This document shows, piece by piece, positions 10,447-22,107 of a DNA stretch of 64,000 nt (positions are counted from its first letter, which is position 1; every line of letters begins with the position of its first letter). The stretch comes from Macrostomum lignano (lineage: Eukaryota), in contig NIVC01001521.1 in NCBI GenBank assembly GCA_002269645.1, positions 62,001 through 126,000 on the forward strand. Reading direction: 5' to 3'. Made by a program: the position numbers and the translations under genes. Below the pieces are notes generated by a model. That model was not told where the DNA came from and made no database searches. It was given only the letters and a program-made list of their open reading frames with translations.

Positions 10447-13400
10447 TCATTTTCCTTTGTCAGCGGCGTGGCCAGAAGATTGGCGTCTTCCTGAAGAAGC
10501 CGCATCGGCGGCAGCAGCGGCGGCAGCCCTTGCCTCTTGCCTGAGCCGCTGCCGCTCCAGCCGCCGCTGCCGCCGCCTCTGACGACAGCGCTCGTTCTTG
10601 CACCTTCGGCGCCTTCGACCGCGCCGTTTCCGACCTCCGCCGCGACCTCGACGCTTTTTACGACGCCGACCTCCGTCGCGGCTGTCGTCGTTGTCGTCGT
10701 TGTCTGTCGCGGGGTCGACGGACTGAGCGGCAGCCGGTTTGTGCGGCTCGGTGGCGAAGGCTCGCGAGGCCAGCGGCTCATCACGACGGATGCCCGGTGG
10801 CTGCGGCGGCCGCGGCGGCTGCTGGCGCGGTTGTCGGCTGTCGGGATATTCTAACGGCTTCGGGGCGTACAGGCTCTGGATGTCCTGGGCGGGGTGGGAT
10901 GGGCGAGGTACATGTAACAGAGACATGGATATAGACTGATAGAGATGGAAAGACATTGATAGAGGCGGATATAGACAGATGGAGATGGGGGTATAGATGG
11001 ATATATAGATTGATTGAAACGGATATAAATGGATGAAGATGGATGGAGATGAATATAGATAGATATAGATGGATAAATAAGTGGATAGAGATTGATAGAG
11101 ATTGATATAGGCGGTTATAAATGGATATAGACAGATTTAGATTACTATAAATGGATATAAACGGATATATGTAGATGGAAATTAGACGGATATAGACAGA
11201 TTAGTATTGTAACTCTAAAGCTACATAAATCACAGAGGTCCATAAATAATTAACATAGCAGCTCACCTTAGCGCTGGCAGCCCGCCAACTGGCAATGCAG
11301 GAGCTGTCCATGGGGGTTCCGTCCGGTCGCAGCCAGCACAGCATCCCCGCCTTACCCTGATGAGGCACAATTTTAATTGATTTTTTTAGCTTTTACAGTA
11401 GTGTGCGTACACTATACACTGTCGCTAAACCTTGGTCCTTTGTGTCGCTAAAACTTGGTCCTTTGTGTCGCTAAACAGCTTGGTCCTTTGAGTCGCTAAA
11501 CCTTGGTCCTTTGTGTCGCTAAACCTTGGTCCTTTGTGTCGCTAAACCGTGGTCCTTTGTGTCGCTAAACCGTGGTCCTTTGTGTCGCTAAACCTTGGTC
11601 CTTTGTGTCGCTAAACCGTGGTCCTTTGTGTCGCTAAACCGTGGTCCTTAGTGTCGCTAAACCTTGGTCCTTTGTGTCGCTAAACCGTGGTCCTTTGAGT
11701 CGCTAAACCTTGGTCCTTTGTGTCGCTAAACCTTGGTCCTTTGTGTCGCTAAACCGTGGTCCTTTGTGTCGCTAAACCGTGGTCCTTTGTGTCGCTAAAC
11801 CTTGGTCCTTCGTGTCGCTAAACCTTGGTCCTTTGTATCGCTAAACCTTGGTCCTTCGTGTCGCTAAACCTTGGTCCTTCGTGTCGCTAAACCTTGGTCC
11901 TTTGTATCGCTAAACCTTGGTCCTTCGTGTCGCTAAACCTTGGTCCTTTGTGTCGCTAAACCTTGGTCCTTCGTGTCGCTAAACCTTGGTCCTTTGTATC
12001 GCTAAACCTTGGTCCTTCGTGTCGCTAAACCTTGGTCCTTCGTTTTGCTAAAACTTGGTTCGTCGTGTCGGTTATTAAAATGTCCACCAAAAATTTTCTA
12101 ATTAATTCTCGAAGAGGACTGTAACAACTCTTCTGAGGACTTCTAATCAAAAGGTGATGAGATCAATTGCTGCTCTTTATCTCACCGGGGGTCCACTTTC
12201 GCCCCTGCGTCCGCGCTTGCCTCGCTCTCCCGGAGGTCCTTGATCGCCCTGAAAACATTAAAATCGTAACGTATCGATAATTTTCTCATGCTATTGATAC
12301 TACTAACGAACTATTTCTAGCAGTAGTGCAATTAGGATTTTAATGAAGATGATGTTTACCTTGGGTCCTGGATCGCCAGGATTTCCCTGAAAAATAGAGA
12401 GACAAATCATCAATTGAAATATGATCGCTATTGTTTTGGTTTTGTTTAAACATTGTTCACGTCACATTATACTTGGCGAGACTTTTCCTGGAATCCCAAA
12501 TTGTTTCTCACCTTTTCACCGTTCCGCCCAGGACGACCCTGAAATTTGAGGAAGAGACAATTAGTTATAACAAAATTGGATGACTCAGAGTTGAATCTCG
12601 TCACCCAGAAAAGCTCAGTCAGTTTTATTGCGTAATTAGTGTTGCTTCCAGATTGAGACAAACTAGTTTTTGTTAAAAATTGCCATGAAAATGTTATGAT
12701 TGTTTGTGTAAAAATGTTAATTACAGCCATTGGTACTGCGACTTTGATGTTAAGGTTAAACTATAGTTAAAGTTGGAAATTCAGTATTTAGCATCACTGG
12801 TTCACTCCAAGATTCACTGATTCACTCCTAGATTCACTGATTCACTCCAAGATTCACTGATTCACTCCTAGATTCACTGATTCACTCCTAGATTCACTGA
12901 TTCACACAAAGCTCACTCTCAAAGTCACTCTATGATTCACTCCCTAAAAACCAGAAGAACTCACTCTTTAAGTCACTCCATGATTCACTCCCTCAAAACC
13001 AGAAGTACTCACTCTCCAAGTCACTCCATGATTCACTCCCTAAAAACATGAAGCACTCACTCTCCAAGTCACTCGATGATTCACTCCCTCAAAACCACAA
13101 GAACTCACTCTCCAAGTCACTCTATGATTCACTCCCTCAAAACCACAAAAACTCACTCTCCAAGTCACTCTATGATTCACTCCCTCAAAACCACAAAAAC
13201 TCACTCTCCAAGTCACTCCATGATTCACTCCCTCAAAACCACAAAAACTCACTCTCCAAGTCACTCCATGATTCACTCCCTAAAAACCAGAAGCACTCAC
13301 TCTCCAAGTCACTCCATGATTCACTCCCTAAAAACCAGAAGCACTCACTCTCCAAGTCACTCTATGATTCACTCTTTGAATACCGGAAAAAACTCACTAA

Positions 13401-16258
13401 TTTCAAATCACTCGATGAGTCACACCAATGCTAAGAGTTTGCAATAATTTTTAGTCATGAAAATTTAACTTGAAATTAAATATTTTAATGTTTTAAGGTT
13501 AGACTCTGAACTCTAAATTGCATATCATACTGTTAACTTAATTAAGGTTTTGAATTATAAAAAGTACAAATTCAAGGTTATTTTCATAAAACCAGGTACA
13601 CTAAATTACAAAATCTTTTTTGTTTATTCGAATAGCCGAATAATTTACCGGCAGGCCAACGTGACCCGTTTTGCCGTCTGGGCCCTGAGTTTGAATTAAT
13701 AATTCAACAAATCAGTAGTATGTTGTGCAAAATGGTTTAAAATTATTGTGCGTCTTATTTCTCAAGGGGTAAAATTATTCAAGGAGAAATAATTGACGTT
13801 GTCTCCTGTGTCACTTTCGATCAGCTTGAAATAAAAATGATTCTCATTTGTTTGTGTTTGCAGTCTCTGGAGTCAATTTTGGGGCGTCTCAAGCTATGAA
13901 TACTAAAGATATGAGTTTAGTGTTGGTCTAAATCTTACTCCATCTAAATCTCACCCTGCCTAAATCTCAACCTGCTTAAATCTCACCCTGCATAAATCTC
14001 ACATTGCTTAAATCAACCTAAATCTCAACATTATCTAAATCTGACGATCACCCTATTTGAATCTCACCCTCTAAATATCACCCCATATAAAATCTCCGCC
14101 TATCTAAATCTCACCCTGTCTAAATCTCACTCTGTCTAAATCTCACCGTGCCTAAATCTCACCCTATCTTAATCTCGCCCTAAATCTCACCCTGCCTAAA
14201 TCTCACCCTGCCTAAATCTCACCCTGCCTAAATCTCACCCTGCCTAAATCTCACCCTGCCTAAATCTCACCCTGCCTAAATCTCACCCTGCCTAAATCTC
14301 ACCCTGCCTAAATCTCACCTTGCCTAAATCTCACCCTGCCTAAATCTCACCCTGCCTAAATCTCACCCTACCTAAATCTCACCCTGCCTAAATCTCACCC
14401 TGCCTAAATCTCAACCTGTCTAAATCTCACCCTACCTAAATCTCCTCTATATTATCATCTACACCCCGGTTACCTGCGGTCCCTGACGACCGGGGAAGCC
14501 CGGCGGCCCGCTGGGTCCGGTGAGTCCCCGCTCGCCTTTAACCCCGGGCGGTCCGGGAGGTCCCGGTATCTGAAAGAGGACCAATGGGTGCCAAAATAAT
14601 TCCGTTTAAATTGTTACTATGGGAACAGGGTAAACGTTGTTGCCATACCAACTGAACTCCTTTGCCACCGTCAGCTCGACTGATAACCGTCTGAAATTTC
14701 GAGTAGTGTTTCTTATTTTTATTATCAATTTGCCTCATTTTCACAGTAATTTTAGTACCATATAAGAGTCACCCCGTCACACTGTCACCCTGTAGCCCCT
14801 GTCACTCTTATCACCCTGTCACTCTATCACACTGTCACTCTATAACGCTGTCACTTTATCACACTGTCACTCTAACACACTGTCACTCTAACACACTGTC
14901 ACTCTATCACGCTGTCACTCTATCACACTGTCACTCTATCACACTGTCACTCTATCACGCTGTCACTCTATCACCCTGTCACTCTATCACACTGTCACTC
15001 TATCACGCTCTCACTCTATCACCCTGTCACAAAATCACCCTGTCACTCTATCAACCGGTCACTCTATCACACTGTCACTCTATCAACCGGTCACTCTATC
15101 ACACTGTCACTCCATCACACTGTCACTCTATCACCTGTCAATCTATCACACAGTCACTCTATCACACTGTCACTCTATCACACTGTCACTCTATCACACT
15201 GTCACTCTATCACACTGTCACTATCACACTGACACTCTATCACACTGCCACTCTATCAACCTGCCACTCTATCAACCTGTCACTCTATCACACTGTCACT
15301 CTATCAACCTGTCACTCTATCACACTGTCAATCTATCACACTGTCACTCTATCACACTGCCACTCTATCAACCTGCCACTCTATCAACCTGTCACTCTAT
15401 CACACTGTCACTCTATCAACCTGTCACTCTATCACACTGTCAATCTATCAACCTGTCACTCTATCAACCTGTCACTCTATCAACCTGTCACTCTATCACA
15501 CTGTCACTCTATCACACCCCGTCACTTACCGACATTCCTGGTTCCCCTTTCTCTCCTTTGTCACCGGGTTGTCCCGGTTTGCCACTCAGTCCATTGATCC
15601 CGTGAATGCCCTAAAGATCGGGTGATATCAAGCGCTATTAAAGTTTGTCGACAAACTCAAAGACACACTTAGCTTGTAAATAAAATGGAAGAATCTCTCA
15701 CTGGATCGCCTTTGTCGCCTTTGGCTCCGGGAAAGCCGATCATTCCGTCAGGTCCAAGCGGGCCTCTGGGTCCCTGCGTGGAGTTTTCATTTTCATAATT
15801 ATTTTATAGCTTTGGATGGGACGGCTTGCTATGATTAGCTGACAATTAGTAAAAAATCCAGCTCTCACCTTGTCGCCTTTAGGTCCCGGAGGACCAGGGG
15901 GTCCCCTGAGCAGGTTGACCCGGGACAGATCAGCGGAATGACCCTGTGAACATGAGAAGTGATGATGATGTCCTACAGCTTAACATTCTGGGCATTTTTT
16001 TAGTTAAAAGTTTTGGCACAAATTAGGGTTGCCCTGACACCTTGAAAACTAAAAAATGCGTCAAAAGCAGAGTGATACACTTGATGAGAGGTGAGGCTAA
16101 GCGATGTGGAGTGTTGTTTTAACCTCACTCTCAGCCAAGTTCGGCTCTGGTCTGTGGAATTTCTTTCCTTTTTAATTCAGAGGCAGTTGGCTAAGTGAAG
16201 GAGAGAAGATAATTAAATAATTCTTGAATGAATGGAGAGCTGACGAAGTAGTCTAAAA

Positions 16259-16342
<84 letters not shown>

Positions 16343-16343
16343 G

Positions 16344-16416
<73 letters not shown>

Positions 16417-19400
16417 GATAAACTTCTGCCATTGGGCCCCTCAATCCCCCCGCCCCCTCACAGCCAGTGTCAATCACAGGCAGGAATTCACATTAACAAT
16501 CGCCCAAAGTGGCCAAAGTCACGGAAGTCCACGAGCCCCTAAAAATGAGCCACGCGACTGCACAACAGCGCCCGTCTCCACCAGCTCCCCACTCAGCCGC
16601 CTCTGCTCCACTTGAGCAGCAGCAAGCAGGGGTCAGCGCTGCTGTGTCCACCCCATCCGGGTAGCCAAAAAAAGGAAATTGAAGTCGCAGCTCTGCGAGA
16701 CAGGGGATTAACTGAAAAAGCCGATTGTCCGAGAACTTCCATTAAAAAGTGATTGACTCTCAGTTCACCAAGTTGGTGGGGGGCTGCGCAAAACTTTCAA
16801 CTTAATTCACCTAAAAAACTTTAATTGAGGTTGCTGACTTTTCTTGCGTTCCAGGTGCTCTCATTAATGACTGGAAAGATGTTGCACCTATCGATACATC
16901 TACTGTCTCCCTCTGCACTCTCCCTCTCAACCTACTCTCTCTCATCTCCCTCTGCAGTCTCCCTCTCAATCTACTCTCTCTCTCATCTCCCTCTCCACTC
17001 TCCGTTTCACCCTACTCTCTCTATCTCTCTCTGCACTCTCTCTCTCTCTCAACCTACTCTCTCTCATCTCCCTCTGCAGTCTCCCTCTCAATCTACTCTT
17101 TCTCTCATCTCCCTCTCCACTCTCCGTTTCACCCTACTCTCTCTATCTCTCTCTGCACTCTCTCTCTCTCACAACCTACTCTCTCTCTCATCTCCCTCTC
17201 CACTCTTACTTTGACCCCACCTCTCTTTATCATCTCCCTCTGCACTCTCACTCTCACCCTACTCTCCCTCATTTCCATCTACGCTCTCCCTCTCAATCTA
17301 CTCTGTCTCTCATCTCCCTCTGTACTCTCCCTCTCACCCTACCTCTCATATCTCCCTCACAAAGAGCCCACAGAATTAATACATGTAACTGTGTCTGAAA
17401 ACCATTCAAATTCAATAGCCATCAATTTGTACCATCGTAAATTTGTCAAGAAGCTGGAGCAAATTCAATTTTCTTACAAGCAAGCGACCAAAGTCTCCGA
17501 TGAGGCGGGCCGCGGCAGCTGCCTAACGAACCGCGAGTATTTTCTCGCCCTTTCATTCTTACTACTGCACCAACACACAGACAATGTTTATGCATAAATT
17601 TTCCCTAACTAGATCAGCATATCCCTGAGGTCTTATAGCTTCATCACGACTTTGCTTACTGAGATTCTGTGACAGATATAAAGAAGCTGGCAGTTTTTGG
17701 TTGAGAAACGCAGGGGGGACTTACTGGGAGACCGTCCAGTCCTCGCTCGCCTTTTGGACCTTGAGGACCCACAGGTCCAGCAGGTCCCTGTTCACCTGGC
17801 TCACCCTGGGGATGATTGAGATGGATTTTTGCTTGGATTAAAAAATGGTCTAACTGGCATGTGGTTTCAATCTCACAGTCTCTACAATAGGTAATGTGTT
17901 ATTGTTAGAGGACAGCAAATAAAAATTTTGTTAATCATATGCATAACGAAAGTACAGGATAATAAAGTGCAAAAGTGTAGGTAGCTGATAAGGCTAGACA
18001 GAAACTAAGACAGACACTGAGACAGACACTGAGACAGACACTGAGACAGACACTGAGACAGACACTGAGACAGACACTGAGACAGACACTGGGACAGACA
18101 CTGAGACAGACACTGGGACAGACACTGAGACAGACACTGAGACAGACACTGAGACAGACACTGAGACAGACACTAAGACAGACACTGGGACAGACGATGG
18201 GACAGACACTGAGACAGACACTGAGACAGACACTGAGACAGACACTGGGGCAGACAATGGGACAGACACTGAGACAGACAATGGGACAGACACTGAGACA
18301 GACACTGAGACAGACACTGAGACAGATACTGGGGCAGACAATGGGACAGACACTGAGACAGAAAAACACTGAGACAGACACTGGGACAGATAATGGGACA
18401 GACACTGAGACAGACACTGAGACAGACACTGGGACAGACACTGGGGCAGACAATGGGACAGACACTGAGACAGACACTGAGACAGACAGTGAGACAGACA
18501 CTGAGACAGACACTGGGGCAGACATTGAGACAGACAGTGGGACAGACACTGCGAGACAGTTACTGGGACAGGCACTGAGACAGACACTGAGGCAGACGCT
18601 GAGACAGACAGTGGGACAGACATCAAGACAGACACTCAAACCGACATACCAAATGCCCATTCGAAGAAGGGACGCTAAAACAGAATCTAACAGAAGCACA
18701 AATCGTTACAATTATCAATAGATAAGCCCTAATTACGGAGTAAGAATCTCATGGGGTTAGATTATGAAATAAACTTAATTAAACCGGTTTTATCTGCTAC
18801 ACATGCAATGCCTACGCCCTAAGTCAGTCCCGATTTAATAATCAATCAATTAACCAACAGCACACTAAAACTCTAGTAAATTTTAAATTCATAGAATGCA
18901 TTTTTGGTCCAGTAATTACTCAATAACAACTTTGTTAAATGTTTTGTCCGAAAGCTTTAATTAGTTATAATTTTACGAGCTAATTACAGTCACTGTAGGT
19001 CTCACTTTCAAATAGATAATTCTGTTATCGATGCTTCTGGACAAATCGCCGTAAACTCGTCGTACGATGCGCTGTGAAAATATTTAAACTATTAAATTAT
19101 TATTTTATCATGCAGATTAAATCAAGCGGAAGGTGCAGATTAATTAATACTGCATGGGTAGCATTGCAGAGGTAAAGCAACTAAGACTAAGGAATCGACA
19201 ACAGATAGCACGAATTAACAAAAACATAATCATTTGTTTGAATACTTTAATGCTGACAACTTCGTAAAGAATTCCCTGAAAAAGTAAGATGAACTCTTAA
19301 CTTCGATTTTTTTCTTAAAGAAAAACAAATCGATTGCGATTCAATCGGGTTTTGTTTTACCTTGTGCCGGAATTGTTTCACATCGACAATGTTGTTGCGT

Positions 19401-21818
19401 TCGAAGTCTGGAGATCTGCGTTTCTTAGGAATATAAAATATCACCGAACAAAAACCGATGTTAATTAATTGACAGAAAAGGCCTGACAATGACTGTGCCA
19501 TTATTTCTCAAAGATTTTTCCTTGCAGCAATTGTGAGCATGGACTAAGCCAAAAAGCTTCTAAGATTAAGTTGAAGTTAATTGCAGATTTGCGCTGGGAT
19601 TAATATTAACAAATATGATTATCAACTCACCCGCTTCAGTTTCTGAAATTTGATAGGGGAATTAGGCTGGTGAATATAGATAAATTTCAATAATTTTGTA
19701 ACATTACAGTTCACTTCTATGAATTCTTATCCCTGATTAATAATAAATTCATAATTTAATTGAATATGGTTATTCAGTATACAGCAAAATAACCTTTGAG
19801 ATTAATTTCAAAATTAAAAAAAAAACAGATTTTAAATTAGAAGACAGTCCTAAACATGCCTTACCGTTTCGTCGTATGTTGGCTCTGCTGTGGCACCCTG
19901 AAATTTGAATAATAAATATATGCATATATGATGTTATAACAAACCAAAATGCATAATTCATTCGCGTATTAAAAGCGTGCCTGTACCAATTCGAAGCTAC
20001 ATCAACCCACCTACCATCTGCATCTTGTCCATACAGACACTAAAATAGACAGACCAAAGACAGACACTGAGACAGACAGTGAGACAGACACTAAGACAGA
20101 CACTGAGACAGACACTAAGACAGTCCCTAATCCCTAAGGCAGGCACTGAGACAGACACTAAGACAGACACTGAGACAGACACTGAGACAGACACTAGGAC
20201 AGACACTGAGACGGACACTGAGGCAGACACTAAGACAGACACTAAGACAGACACTAAGACAGACACTAAGACAGACACTAAGACAGACACTAAGGCAGAC
20301 ACTAAGGCAGACACTAAGACAGACACTAAGACAGACACTAAGACAGACACTAAGACAGACACTAAGACAGACACTAAGACAGACACTAAGACAGACACTG
20401 AGACAGACACTAAGACAGACACTAAGGCAGACACTAAGACAGACACTAAGACAGACACTAAGACAGACACTAAGACAGACACTAAGACAGACACTAAGAC
20501 AGACACTGAGACAGACACTAAGACAGACACTAGGACAGACACTGAGACGGACACTGAGGCAGACACTAAGACAGACACTGAGACAGACACTAAGACAGTC
20601 CCTAATCCCTAAGGCAGGCACTGAGACAGACACTAAGACAGACACTAGGACAGACACTGAGACGCACACTGAGGCAGACACTGAGGTAGACAATAAGACA
20701 GGCACTAAGACAGACACTGAGACAGACACCACTCCATCTTGTCTATTTCAATTCTTTAAAACCTTGGTAGCAATGCTCTCTCAACATGATTGATGAATCA
20801 AGCGTTTTTAGCGCTTTACTCGTAACTATGAGTAACTTGAAACAGATAAACAAAATTGATTTTAATAAACAAGAAAATACGCTGTGACCACAGACTCACC
20901 CTGTCTCCTTTTTCGCCTTTGGGACCTGAAAACAGTTTTGGTTGGAATTAATTAGATAGCCACAGCTGCGAATATAGTGTAATAAAAAGCGAGAGGACAC
21001 ACAGAGCACACAGAGAGCACAGAGTTTTGACAGTTGAATTTGTTCAAACAGGCACTTGACAAGCGCATAGACATACGCTAAAGAAGCAACAAGCGTAGTT
21101 GCTTTTAACTCATTTTTTGGTAGGTCTTTAGCATCGCGGGTTAGCGTAGTCGCAGCGTTGGAGTTTTTTTCATTATTTCAACAATTCCTAAGATTTTATT
21201 GTGTGCGATCGAGAAGTTTTAATAGAAGCATCTAGCAGCAGACACAGAGACACAGAGAGACAGGCTCAGCGCTCAAAGGTGTCTTGTAATTGCAACACGA
21301 AATTTCTCATATTTTGCTGCTACGAGTAAAACTATGTTTAACCACTGTGCCACTTTGAGGCGCCGTGAAGCCGTAATAAAATACGCAAGTTTTACTGGCG
21401 CGATCCTCTCCAACTCACCTGTTAATTACGGCTTAGTATAGTTAATTGCGGGCTTGACAAAAACCCCTTGGATGTGCACCATGGAGTTTTTGTGCCTCCT
21501 CTCAGACCCTCCAACTAAAATCGAATGGCATTTCAAGCGGCCCTTCAAAGCCAAGCACGGTGGTGGGCGAATGCGTTTGCAGTTCTTCCAGAATCTCTAT
21601 AGCTCGATAATACTCAAATACCTGCTGCTTTGGAAATGGGCGGCACTTGAACTCGGAGGAGGGCCTGGCGCTCCCCGAGCTGCACAGCTCAGGACTCGAA
21701 CAGACTCAGAGGCTTTGCTATGCTTTGCTTTCAGTGTGCGGTGAATTTTTGTCAACATTCTTAATCCTGCCAATAGTGTGAATCTCACTGATTGAACATT
21801 TTAAACTAGCACAGATAA

Positions 21819-21865
<47 letters not shown>

Positions 21866-21870
21866 TTTAG

Positions 21871-21901
<31 letters not shown>

Positions 21902-21916
21902 TTTAGTGTCTGTCTA

Positions 21917-22009
<93 letters not shown>

Positions 22010-22014
22010 TTTAG

Positions 22015-22107
<93 letters not shown>

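Noticed and set aside
16628-17360. Third copy of the microsatellite-carrying hAT MITE (CAGGGGTCAGC at 16628)
   Set aside because: No matching right TIR or TSD found and internal similarity not evident.
20016-20040. Extra 25-nt collagen exon candidate (and a 6-nt candidate near 20820)
   Set aside because: The 25-nt segment breaks phase or introduces stops with downstream exons and its acceptor derives from the adjacent repeat; the 6-nt one is within chance expectation.
20123-20140. Interstitial telomere (CCCTAATCCCTAA, also ~20598)
   Set aside because: Only two interrupted hexamers, duplicated as part of the minisatellite.
21620-21690. ARGAPGPPP segment as a collagen exon
   Set aside because: No phase-compatible donor; the Gly-X-Y run is too short.
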